Below, piece by piece: positions 37,108 to 46,008 of a stretch of DNA of 53,177 nucleotides (position 1 is its first letter; every line of letters starts with the position of its first letter). The notes below the pieces were generated by a model that saw only the letters and a program-made list of their open reading frames with translations, did no database searches and was not told the origin of the DNA. The DNA is from a virus (lineage: Duplodnaviria > Caudoviricetes): IMG/VR virus record IMGVR_UViG_3300020185_000063, positions 1 to 53,177 of that record; one strand, written 5' to 3'. Both the position numbers and the translations under genes were made by a program.

Positions 37108-40100
37108 ATGAGTTGTAAGTACCAATTTAAAGGAGAAATGTACACTGAAGATCAGTTAATAGAAATATTGGCTAGAGACTCAAAAATAATTGATAAGTAC
37201 AAATCTCAAGAAGAAAGATTAACTTCAGATGATTTTGCTAAAGAAGACTTAGCTACATTCGAAGAGAAAGTGGCTGCGTTAAAACAAACAATGAATGTTG
37301 AGGTTATAATGGATGAAACTGTTGAGACTTCAAGAGTTTTGGGTAGAGGAGATAAAAGGGTTAAGGAAGCAGGAAAGCCTGTAATTCTTATTAACCCTAA
37401 TTCCATATTCAAGACTACGGCAATACATGAGTTTGGGCATATATTTATCGATGCATTTCCAAAAGGAATTGATAATCCAAGAATACAACGTGCACTAAAA
37501 GAATTAGAAGGAACTGAATTAGCAGCTCAGGTAACTGAAGCATATCCAGACCTATCACCAGAAATGTTACAAAAAGAGATTCTTGTAACTGCAATTGGTC
37601 AGAAAGGATCTGAATTATGGGACGCGGGAAAGAAAAGTAAATGGGAAACATTTATGGCGTGGTTCTCTGACTACATCAAGAGAACCTTTGGACTAGAGAG
37701 AAGTGAAGTAGAAGCACTATCAAGAGATTTGTTGAGCAATAAGGTGAAACAGACAGGTGTTACACGCTTGAATAAAATAGCTCAAGAGCAAAAAAGGGTG
37801 AAAGTTGAAGAAGATAAAACTGAGACTGAAGAGAAGTTTGATAAGGTTGTAACTTCAATAGAAAAAACACACGCTAGAGTATTAGGTACTGCACAAAAAT
37901 TACTTGCAAGACAAAAGGATAAGCAGAAGTCTAAAGATGCTAGACGTAGAGAAAATAGAAGAGTAAAAGCAGGTAAGACTACCAGACTGTCCTCTATTAC
38001 TGAACTGCAGGAAGCACTTACTAAGTATGAAGATGCTGATAAGATGTTAGGTATTGTAAAGTACACTGAATGGGCTGCAAAAGAGCTTTCATTTATGAAG
38101 AGTGAAATCGAACGCAGAAAAGAAGAAAATAAAGTAACAAGTAATAACCTTGATAAATCATTTGACTGGGCGAAATCTTTTAGAGTTGTTGAAGATATTC
38201 AGGATCTATTAGCAAAAACTTCTGAAGAAGAGATTTTAGAATACATGACTGAGGAACAATTAGATTCTTTAAAGGCAATGGTTAGTTATATTTCATCTGC
38301 AAGAAATGACGTTCAGGCAGAGCTTTTAAACTTATCCAGAATTGAATACGCTAAGATATTAGCAGATAATGACATTCAGACAGAGGAAAGGTATAAAACT
38401 GAATATAGAGAGGAATGGGACGCTTTAAATGAAGCAGGAGGCACATCTTTACAAGAAGGTGAATACATTATTCAAAAGATGCAGGAGAATAAAGAAGCAA
38501 TTGAAGAAGAGAAATTGCTTATAGCTGAGGAAAGAGCTCGTAGAGGTCAAGGTCAGTTAAGTATGTTATCTATGCAAATATTATCTGAGAAGCAAATGAA
38601 GTCGAGAGATATTCAAGCTGTATCTGCAATGTTAGATCAGGCTTCTGCAAGAGTAGAAAGATTTGCAACTGAAGAAGCAACTGTAGTTCTTGAAGAATTT
38701 AATGAATTTCAAAAGTCTAGAGCTGCTAATGTAAAAAGTAGAGACATGCGTAAGAGATATAAAGGAATGTTTGTATTCTCTGAAGGTGGTCAAGGATACT
38801 TTACATCTGAATATGTTCCTGAATTTTTAGAGGAGAAAAAAGATATGCTTGCTAGAATGTATGAAAAAGAAAGTCAGGACGAATTATTCGAAGATACTGA
38901 AGTAAGAATTGTAACTGGACAGAAAAGAGACCAGACAGGTGATCTGGTAAATACAAAAACTTATGAATATGATTCTCAAGTAATATCTACAAAGACTGGC
39001 AAACCTATGAAAGGTGTGTTAAGATTCGGTGGAGCAAAAAATATTAAGTTAGAGGGAGAAGGAACACTAAAGAAAGGTGAGAGAGCAACACATGTATTGT
39101 ATGAGAACTCTGCTGGAAAAGAAGTTAGAATCACACTTAATGAAGCTATTGCTCGAAGTGAATATACAGCATGGAAAAAGACTAATACCAAGACTACAAT
39201 AACAATGGAGTATGGTATGAAGACTAAGTCTGTTACACCTGTTGATAAATGGAAATCTAAAGAATGGGAAGAGCTCAAGAAAGATCCAGTTAGATTTAAA
39301 GAACTCGAAAGATTAAAGGAAAGAGTAAGAGAAGGAAATATGGATTATGACAATAGAGATTCATTAATATCCAAGGAAGGAACTATTGACTTTATTAGAC
39401 TTCCAGGTGTAATGAAATCTACTGTATCAAGAGCTGTGCAAAAGCAAAGTGCCAAAACATTAGGTGAGCATTTATTAAGTACAATGGTTGAGACTCAAGC
39501 TGATGATTTCGATACACAATCAATGAAGTCATATACTAACTTCTCTGAAGGTGAAACTTTAAGAATACCTATCCCATACAGAACTCAATTAAAAGAGTCT
39601 GACCAGTCGTTAGATCTTCACCAGTTAGTTACTATGGATAGAATAATGGCTAAGAATTATAGAGAGAAAAAAGCTATTGAAAGCTCACTAAAAGTTATTC
39701 AGGAAGTGCTCAAGGAAAAAAGATTTCCTGTATTAGATCCTATTACTGGTCGTCAAAAAGAAGATGCACAGTCAGGAGAATTGCTATGGAAGACAAGCAA
39801 AAACTCTACAATACAAGAGTACGAGAAAATACAGAGTATGATTGAAAATAGATTATACGGTATTACTGCCAAGCAAGCTGGTGGATTCCAAGTTACTAGA
39901 AACAAGGGTAAAGAAAATGAGAAAAATTATACTGTCGAGTATCAACAATTAGGTCAGACACTAACTAAATATTTTGGTAGTGTATCACTTGTATTCAACT
40001 ATATGAACAGTATTGTGAATGCTGGTACTGGTACACTTTCTAATTTAATAGAAGCTGTCGGTGGTGATGTTTACAATTTGAGAGATTATAAGAAAGCTCA

Positions 40101-41256
40101 AGCTGAATACAATAAGGATCTGAAAAATATAATGAGTGACTGGGGTTCTCCAGTAGCAACATCAAAAACAAACTTATTACTTAACGCGTTTAATGTAATG
40201 GGACCGGATTATATTCAAAAGAATTTTGAGAAGAGTGGTAAAGCTGAAGGATTACTTAGTCAGAGTACATTAAGACCTGTTGCAAAAATGGGTGAACACA
40301 TGATGCAATCTAAAGTAATGTATGCAATACTTAGCAGTATCAAGGTTCAGAACAATAAAGGACAATGGATTGGTAAGGACGGAAAGAAAGTTTCTAGTAA
40401 GAAACAAGCAGCAAGTATGTCTGATATGGTTTCATTTAAGAAAACTGCTAATGGTAGAATGGAAATGGCTTTACACGAAGCTGTTGAAAATACTTCATTT
40501 ACTACAGGTGGGAAAGAACGAATATTATTAGAAACTAGAAATCTAATCAGAGCTAAAGTTGATGAGTTACATGGTCAATATACAACAGATATTCAGGCAC
40601 ATGCTCAGAGAACTATGATTGGTAAATTAGGTTTCTTTTTAAGAAAATGGATGATACCTGGATACTTACGTAGGTTTAGAGGTGTTAATAACTCAATAAA
40701 AGCATCTAATACAGAATTAGCTGAAGCTGATGAATTCTTTTCTGCAGATCAAAAAGACAATATAGAAGGATATTATGTAACTGCATTCAGGTTTATGTCA
40801 CAAGTAGTCAAGGATGCTAGAGAAGATTCTATTAGTATTACTAAGAGTTGGAAAAATTTAACTCCAAAGCAACAAGCTGGAGTTAGAAAGAGCTTAATGG
40901 ATCTATCATTGATAGCTATTGTTTATGCTTTATCTGCTGGATTAGACGCTGGAGATGATGATGATGAACTGATTCACATGAGGTATTTAGTTAGAAGACA
41001 ACTATCAGAGCTTGCTAACTTTGTTAACCCTGCAGAAGCATTTAAAATTGCATCTACACCAACGGCTGCTACAGGTAATTTAAAACAGATACTAAAAACT
41101 ATGTATCAATTATTTAATCCTGCTGAAGCATATAAGGTTGGCCCATACAAAGGAGAATTAAAACTTAAGCACAAGGCTAAGAAATTATTGCCTAGATTTA
41201 AAAATGAAGAAGACTTTAAACAAGCGTTAGAGTTCTTGAACAATATGAGCATGTAG
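37108..41256 (+). CDS. giant cargo protein with N-terminal zincin-like (HExxH) domain
   Basis: TAIHEFGH (HEFGH at 37426-37440) with downstream KEILVTAIG; long helical C-terminal region. Confidence 0.65.
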   Translation: MSCKYQFKGEMYTEDQLIEILARDSKIIDKYKSQEERLTSDDFAKEDLATFEEKVAALKQTMNVEVIMDETVETSRVLGRGDKRVKEAGKPVILINPNSIFKTTAIHEFGHIFIDAFPKGIDNPRIQRALKELEGTELAAQVTEAYPDLSPEMLQKEILVTAIGQKGSELWDAGKKSKWETFMAWFSDYIKRTFGLERSEVEALSRDLLSNKVKQTGVTRLNKIAQEQKRVKVEEDKTETEEKFDKVVTSIEKTHARVLGTAQKLLARQKDKQKSKDARRRENRRVKAGKTTRLSSITELQEALTKYEDADKMLGIVKYTEWAAKELSFMKSEIERRKEENKVTSNNLDKSFDWAKSFRVVEDIQDLLAKTSEEEILEYMTEEQLDSLKAMVSYISSARNDVQAELLNLSRIEYAKILADNDIQTEERYKTEYREEWDALNEAGGTSLQEGEYIIQKMQENKEAIEEEKLLIAEERARRGQGQLSMLSMQILSEKQMKSRDIQAVSAMLDQASARVERFATEEATVVLEEFNEFQKSRAANVKSRDMRKRYKGMFVFSEGGQGYFTSEYVPEFLEEKKDMLARMYEKESQDELFEDTEVRIVTGQKRDQTGDLVNTKTYEYDSQVISTKTGKPMKGVLRFGGAKNIKLEGEGTLKKGERATHVLYENSAGKEVRITLNEAIARSEYTAWKKTNTKTTITMEYGMKTKSVTPVDKWKSKEWEELKKDPVRFKELERLKERVREGNMDYDNRDSLISKEGTIDFIRLPGVMKSTVSRAVQKQSAKTLGEHLLSTMVETQADDFDTQSMKSYTNFSEGETLRIPIPYRTQLKESDQSLDLHQLVTMDRIMAKNYREKKAIESSLKVIQEVLKEKRFPVLDPITGRQKEDAQSGELLWKTSKNSTIQEYEKIQSMIENRLYGITAKQAGGFQVTRNKGKENEKNYTVEYQQLGQTLTKYFGSVSLVFNYMNSIVNAGTGTLSNLIEAVGGDVYNLRDYKKAQAEYNKDLKNIMSDWGSPVATSKTNLLLNAFNVMGPDYIQKNFEKSGKAEGLLSQSTLRPVAKMGEHMMQSKVMYAILSSIKVQNNKGQWIGKDGKKVSSKKQAASMSDMVSFKKTANGRMEMALHEAVENTSFTTGGKERILLETRNLIRAKVDELHGQYTTDIQAHAQRTMIGKLGFFLRKWMIPGYLRRFRGVNNSIKASNTELAEADEFFSADQKDNIEGYYVTAFRFMSQVVKDAREDSISITKSWKNLTPKQQAGVRKSLMDLSLIAIVYALSAGLDAGDDDDELIHMRYLVRRQLSELANFVNPAEAFKIASTPTAATGNLKQILKTMYQLFNPAEAYKVGPYKGELKLKHKAKKLLPRFKNEEDFKQALEFLNNMSM

Positions 41257-41296
41257 AATAAAAAAAAGTCTGCACCATATTTAGTAAAAAAAAGTC

Positions 41297-41343
41297 TGCA
41301 AAAAATGTCCTGATAGTAAATTTTACCATCAGGACTTTTTGCA
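41297..41343. terminator. bidirectional terminator between convergent blocks
   Basis: TGCAAAAA..GTCCTGAT...ATCAGGAC-TTTTTGCA inverted repeat flanked by A and T tracts. Confidence 0.8.
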
Positions 41344-41402
41344 TAACATAACATATTAATCCAATCACAAATCAATATATTTTTTAGATTTTACCTTACA
41401 CC

Positions 41403-41714
41403 TTACACTTTATCTTTCATCTTAGTGTAGAGTAATTCGTATCTTTCATCAATATCAGCAATGTACTCCATTACCTGTTGTGGATCCGTCTGATCATACA
41501 ACTTATCATTGAGAGGTTTAAAAGGAACACCTTTTTGAACAAACAATTTAACCATATTAGAATTAAAGGCTTGTGAAGCAGCATAGATAATTAAGCCTTG
41601 ATTGTTGCACCATCTCTGAGCTTCAATATTTCTTTCAAGAAATCTTCTCTTGATTTCTTCCTGCCTCTTTTTCTTCTTTAATTTCTCCTGTCTTGTTCTT
41701 ACTGCTTTGTTCAT
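41403..41714 (-). CDS. hypothetical protein
   Basis: 103-aa ORF, basic N-terminus. Confidence 0.6.
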   Translation of the reverse strand: MNKAVRTRQEKLKKKKRQEEIKRRFLERNIEAQRWCNNQGLIIYAASQAFNSNMVKLFVQKGVPFKPLNDKLYDQTDPQQVMEYIADIDERYELLYTKMKDKV

Positions 41715-41760
41715 TCTCGCATTCTTTTATCATCTCTTCTAGGGTTACCTGCCTTCCCAT
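41635..41760 (-). CDS. possible 41-aa overlapping peptide (MGRQVTLEEMIKECENE...)
   Basis: ATG overlaps the end of the upstream gene and the ORF bridges the 41715-41744 gap. Confidence 0.25.
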   Translation of the reverse strand: MGRQVTLEEMIKECENEQSSKNKTGEIKEEKEAGRNQEKIS

Positions 41761-42218
41761 GTAAATTTATTATTAGTGCTCTCTAGCAAGATTCCATTAA
41801 TTATATTTTTTACACCTTCAGTGTAATGAAGAAGAGTACTTTGTGCACTTTCAGAACTAACATAATTTAATGAATCTACTCTCATTAAGAAAGGTCTTTT
41901 CTTCTTTCTTTTAAGTATATCTATTATTCCATCTCCATAACGTGAATCTCTTTTTATTGATAATGGTTGTACTTCAACTATATTTTCAAACGGAGTTTCT
42001 CTGGATACGAATAGTAAATCTGCATCATTTATAAGCACTTTTGCTTTTTCATGTTTAATTTTGCGTCTAGTTATCTCCATACCTTCTAGTTCACAAAGAT
42101 AAGAAAGTGAATTTTCTAAATAACTATCTTTAGTAGAAAAATTATTTAATGCATTTGGAGTGATTGTTGCAAAAGTACCGACCGATGCTGGTTTTGTTTT
42201 TTTTCTTTTGAATTTCAT
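41745..42218 (-). CDS. hypothetical protein
   Basis: 157-aa ORF with AT-rich leader. Confidence 0.6.
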   Translation of the reverse strand: MKFKRKKTKPASVGTFATITPNALNNFSTKDSYLENSLSYLCELEGMEITRRKIKHEKAKVLINDADLLFVSRETPFENIVEVQPLSIKRDSRYGDGIIDILKRKKKRPFLMRVDSLNYVSSESAQSTLLHYTEGVKNIINGILLESTNNKFTWEGR

Positions 42219-42242
42219 AATTTTATATTGTTATGTTAATAA

Positions 42243-42264
42243 GAGAGGGTTGTTACACCCTCTC
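42243..42264 (-). terminator. intrinsic terminator-like hairpin
   Basis: GAGAGGGT-N6-ACCCTCTC just after the 42271 stop. Confidence 0.6.
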
Positions 42265-42270
42265 ATTAAT

Positions 42271-42777
42271 TTAAAAGCTATCAGGGCCTCCCTGAATAAC
42301 TAACTCTTTGACATTATTACTCAATGTCTCCTTGCCTATTTCGGGTTGAGTAGAAGATAACTCTTCATTTTTACTCAAAATCTGTTTTATTCTAGCACCA
42401 TTCTTAAAGCCTTTCTTTTTCATATAGTTGTTAATGGCATTTTTGTGGTCCTCAGAAAATTCAACATATTCTCCTTTAATAAACAATTCTCTAGCCTTTT
42501 GTAAAGGTAGAGGTAACTTGAACTTGTAGGCAACTCTATTGCCATAATCTACATGTCCTTCAAATAATGGATGTTTCATAACCTTTCCTTCAAATTTTAA
42601 GAAGTCTGGATTACTAGCCCATTTATAAAGCAAGCAGAACTCATCATTCTTATCAAAGAATGCATAAGTATTCAATAATCCCGTGGAAACATCAAAGTCA
42701 AAGTATGTTAGAAAGTAAGGTAAAAGGTATGTGATACTTTTATTCTTAACTACATTAATCTTATACGTTGGATTCAT
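42271..42777 (-). CDS. hypothetical protein coupled to nuclease gene
   Basis: 168-aa ORF abutting 42778. Confidence 0.65.
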   Translation of the reverse strand: MNPTYKINVVKNKSITYLLPYFLTYFDFDVSTGLLNTYAFFDKNDEFCLLYKWASNPDFLKFEGKVMKHPLFEGHVDYGNRVAYKFKLPLPLQKARELFIKGEYVEFSEDHKNAINNYMKKKGFKNGARIKQILSKNEELSSTQPEIGKETLSNNVKELVIQGGPDSF

Positions 42778-43869
42778 TTATTTTCCTAGAATTAATTTGC
42801 TGTCCATCTCAACTAAACCTTTATTATTGGCTTCTTCTAGCGAGTATTCAGCGTTATTATTATTTTTACTGTAATAATAGTCTTCTAACAAAGGAAATAC
42901 TCCTTCGTAATAAAAACCATGTCTATCAGTAAATCCTCTTAATGCTTCTTCATGCATATCATCCGTTACTAAAAACCTCATTGGCTTATTAGGATTCAGT
43001 TTTGATATGTACACAAATTCAAATGGTCTAACATCATATCCCATTAATTCGAAATCATTAGAAACTATTGTCTTTAATGCTTCTCTATACAATCCACCTT
43101 GTATGTAATACTTGTGACTTGTGTACAAGAAAGGAAATGATTTGCACGGCTCTTCACCAGTTTTAAGATCTACTGGAAATATTAGTTTTGCATTATGGTT
43201 TACAACCAAGCAATCTAACATCCCTTTACATCTTTTACCATCTACAATAGTATCAAACTTATACTGATAAATTATATCTACATCAGGTATTCCTGTTGCA
43301 AAGTATTTTGCAGTATAAGGATGTTGTATTAATGTAGCGGCAGTGTGAGCAGCTTGTTGCCACATCTCAGGCTTAATTAATATCTTGCCTCGTGATGTCA
43401 TTCTATCTTTAAAATATTTCTTACCTGCAGATACAACTGTATTAATAGTTTTATCGTCAGAATAATTCTTATAGACTTTCAGTTTAATGGCAGCCTGAAG
43501 TATCTCTTTATGATAGTGATCGAGATTGTTGCTAATCTTCATTTTCTTTCTCCTTCCTAAAGGTGATGTAATTTCTGCTTCGTCACCCACATTGCCATCT
43601 AATTCTTGCATTATTAGATCGCATATATTCTTTACATTAGTAGTAGGCGGCTTCTGTGAAGTACCTTGATAGAATGTATCATCTACCTTATGTGGTTCGA
43701 AACACATCATATCTACTAAACTTCCAAACTTAAAGTTGAAGCTTTGTTTTACTCCTCCCACAACATCTAAACCCTGGCTTTGAATGGCCGATAGCATAGA
43801 ATATGATGGTAAATCTAAGTCTCTGTACTGTTGTTCCGTCAACTTAAGATTGTGATCTTGTATTGCCAT
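42778..43869 (-). CDS. PD-(D/E)XK exonuclease (RecB/Cas4-like)
   Basis: KGMLD...VDLKTG...YYIQGGLY motifs. Confidence 0.8.
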   Translation of the reverse strand: MAIQDHNLKLTEQQYRDLDLPSYSMLSAIQSQGLDVVGGVKQSFNFKFGSLVDMMCFEPHKVDDTFYQGTSQKPPTTNVKNICDLIMQELDGNVGDEAEITSPLGRRKKMKISNNLDHYHKEILQAAIKLKVYKNYSDDKTINTVVSAGKKYFKDRMTSRGKILIKPEMWQQAAHTAATLIQHPYTAKYFATGIPDVDIIYQYKFDTIVDGKRCKGMLDCLVVNHNAKLIFPVDLKTGEEPCKSFPFLYTSHKYYIQGGLYREALKTIVSNDFELMGYDVRPFEFVYISKLNPNKPMRFLVTDDMHEEALRGFTDRHGFYYEGVFPLLEDYYYSKNNNNAEYSLEEANNKGLVEMDSKLILGK

Positions 43870-43872
43870 TTA

Positions 43873-44079
43873 TTATTTCATTTCTTTAAATTTTTGTTCA
43901 ATTTTCGTTAAAGCAAGATTGTATCCAAAATTAATAGACAATTGCATTAACAAAAAATCATTAGAACCATAATTAGCACTTGCAAAACCTTCTAAATACT
44001 CTCTTGATGGAGTTGCAACAATTGCTCTATCAAGCATTGTTATTTCTTTTTCTATAAATTTTTTTATATCCTTACTCAT
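43873..44079 (-). CDS. hypothetical protein
   Basis: 68-aa ORF tightly packed in operon. Confidence 0.55.
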   Translation of the reverse strand: MSKDIKKFIEKEITMLDRAIVATPSREYLEGFASANYGSNDFLLMQLSINFGYNLALTKIEQKFKEMK

Positions 44080-44091
44080 TTTATTTAGCTT

Positions 44092-44925
44092 TTAAAATAT
44101 GTATCTAATTGTATTTACGTCAAAGAACTCAGAATATTCATCTTTAAATATTTGAATTGCTTTTGACTTGTATTCTAAAGGGTATCTCATAACACCCATT
44201 TTATTTTTAACTTGATTAGATTTAAACATCATTTCTGATGCCAATCCATCTACTCTTTCCATTTGATTTGGATGATTAGTTAAAAATATTACCTCACATT
44301 TATTTATTCCTGCTATTTCTTTTACTTGACTGAATAAGTTTCTATACTCTTTCCTAAAGTCTTTGTAAATAATAACTGGTGAATAATTTATGTGCACTTC
44401 CCAACCTAATTTTTTAAGCCTGTTTATGTCGTGTATTCTTGACTCTATACTCTGCATCTTAGGCTCTAAAATTGTAGAGTATGATTGAGGCATAATACTA
44501 ACTCTAACTCTTGGTTTTTTATTAAAATGACTAACATCTAGTTTCAATAAACCAGGATACTTTGTAGCCATAGTTGTATTAATTTCAGGATGATCGTCAT
44601 ACATTTTAAGATAATCTACAAGTGGTATTGGACAATGTTTTTGCATAAGAACTAAATCTGTATTGCAAGCAACATCAACCATTTTGTAAACAGGGTCTTG
44701 TTGGTCAGGAACTTTGTCATAAAACCTAGCCCACTCATATACAGAGCTAACAATATCAAGTACATTTGTATTTACAAATATTCTTTTACCGTTATATCTA
44801 GACATATAACAATAAGTACTAACACAGCCTCCAAAACATCCGTAGATTAAATTTGGAGCAATTGCGTTAGCACTATTATTGTTAGGTTTAGTTATTAAGC
44901 TTTTAGTTATTTGATACTTAATCAT
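44092..44925 (-). CDS. spore photoproduct lyase family radical SAM protein
   Basis: GCFGGCVSTYCY, DVACNTD, ATKY, RVRVSIMP, GWEVHINYSPVI, EVIFLT motifs. Confidence 0.8.
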   Translation of the reverse strand: MIKYQITKSLITKPNNNSANAIAPNLIYGCFGGCVSTYCYMSRYNGKRIFVNTNVLDIVSSVYEWARFYDKVPDQQDPVYKMVDVACNTDLVLMQKHCPIPLVDYLKMYDDHPEINTTMATKYPGLLKLDVSHFNKKPRVRVSIMPQSYSTILEPKMQSIESRIHDINRLKKLGWEVHINYSPVIIYKDFRKEYRNLFSQVKEIAGINKCEVIFLTNHPNQMERVDGLASEMMFKSNQVKNKMGVMRYPLEYKSKAIQIFKDEYSEFFDVNTIRYIF

Positions 44926-45230
44926 TCAAAAAATATGTGAGTTTGACTTGGATCTCTATCTAAATAATTGCCATCTTCATCACATTCATTTCCATCTTCA
45001 TCTTCATATCCAATTAAATATGACTCTGTACTAGCCATTACTGGACAGTCATCACACTCAACTTCAGATATTAAATCAACATGACCATTAAACTTCTCAT
45101 TTTCTTCCTTAGTAATTACAACATCACTAAATCCAAGTCTAACAAAAACTTTACCAGCTTTCTTAGGAGTTTCTGGAAACATTTGCTTCTGCTCCATCAT
45201 CTCATTGTATTTCTTAACACTATCACTCAT
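44922..45230 (-). CDS. acidic hypothetical protein
   Basis: 102 aa; repeated DEDGN; 4-bp overlap with next gene. Confidence 0.6.
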   Translation of the reverse strand: MSDSVKKYNEMMEQKQMFPETPKKAGKVFVRLGFSDVVITKEENEKFNGHVDLISEVECDDCPVMASTESYLIGYEDEDGNECDEDGNYLDRDPSQTHIFFE

Positions 45231-45231
45231 A

Positions 45232-45456
45232 TTAAAATATTGTTACAACGTTATTTATTATTTTATACCCAGTGGCCCAGCCTCTCATAACTAAATTTGG
45301 TTGAGTCTTATTCCACTTTGTCTCACAAGGTACAGTGCAAATTACATCATCAACAACATGACAAGGCTCACTTTTAAAGTGAAAACTCATTTTACCATAT
45401 TGCCTATAATAATGAAAAAAGAATCTGTATTGTCCTTTTTTTTTATGTAAAGCCAT
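45232..45456 (-). CDS. hypothetical protein
   Basis: 74-aa ORF tightly packed. Confidence 0.6.
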   Translation of the reverse strand: MALHKKKGQYRFFFHYYRQYGKMSFHFKSEPCHVVDDVICTVPCETKWNKTQPNLVMRGWATGYKIINNVVTIF

Positions 45457-45954
45457 TTAGAATAATTTAATCCAAACTCCAGGATTCTCCTTATCTACTG
45501 AGTAGAGAGGAAATGCTCTTGGATCTGCTTCGTTAATTAATTCTCCTGTTATACTCATAGGAACAGGGAAGACATATTTTACATTATCATCTTCAATGAA
45601 ATCATGTGATGTCATTAAATCTTGTAAAATCTCTACACTGTTACTAAAGTCAAAGAGCCTCTTGCTATTACGCACATGATGATATCCTATAATTAAGGGA
45701 TCACCTTTTCCTTTTTTCATTTCCATGAAAGTTTTCCTGAAAGCTTCAAATTGATTAGGTCTTGAGGCATCCACATAGCCTTTAACTTCTTTTTTACGAG
45801 AGTTAAATTTTTGGATACCCAAAGCTCTAATATATTTGTTAACAGTAGGAGATGAGAAGATTCCTCTACTTGTCTTTACCTTACTGTTCTTTAAGCTTGG
45901 AACGTTCCCTTTGATAAATATCATATCAACTGCTTTCTTCCTTTCGTCTAACAT
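45457..45954 (-). CDS. RusA-like Holliday junction resolvase
   Basis: GNVPSLKNSK, FDFSN, QDLM...IEDDN, PGVWI motifs; ATG 45954 preferred over 45999, which lies inside a hairpin. Confidence 0.65.
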   Translation of the reverse strand: MLDERKKAVDMIFIKGNVPSLKNSKVKTSRGIFSSPTVNKYIRALGIQKFNSRKKEVKGYVDASRPNQFEAFRKTFMEMKKGKGDPLIIGYHHVRNSKRLFDFSNSVEILQDLMTSHDFIEDDNVKYVFPVPMSITGELINEADPRAFPLYSVDKENPGVWIKLF

Positions 45955-45970
45955 ACTTTTGTTTTTAAGA

Positions 45971-46003
45971 TAATTTGCCGGCAAATAAATCACCGGCAAA
46001 TTA
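45971..46003 (-). terminator. hairpin after VWA gene
   Basis: TAATTTGCCGG-N11-CCGGCAAATTA perfect 11-bp stem. Confidence 0.55.
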
Positions 46004-46008
46004 CTAGA

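Noticed and set aside
30656-37200. Intein or protein trans-splicing as the explanation for terminal cysteines
   Set aside because: No intein blocks or C-terminal His-Asn, and the Cys residues are not at the splice-type positions
158-41256. Stop-codon reassignment (TAG or TGA), known in some crAss-like phages
   Set aside because: Large genes are intact in the standard code and TAG ends genes at sensible positions (4667, 5755, 7550, 9987, 41256); no suppressor tRNA seen
2386-41375. Many minus-strand ORFs of 60-140 aa within the + strand block (and + strand ORFs within the - block)
   Set aside because: Antisense shadows of long genes, with no recognisable motifs or independent expression signals
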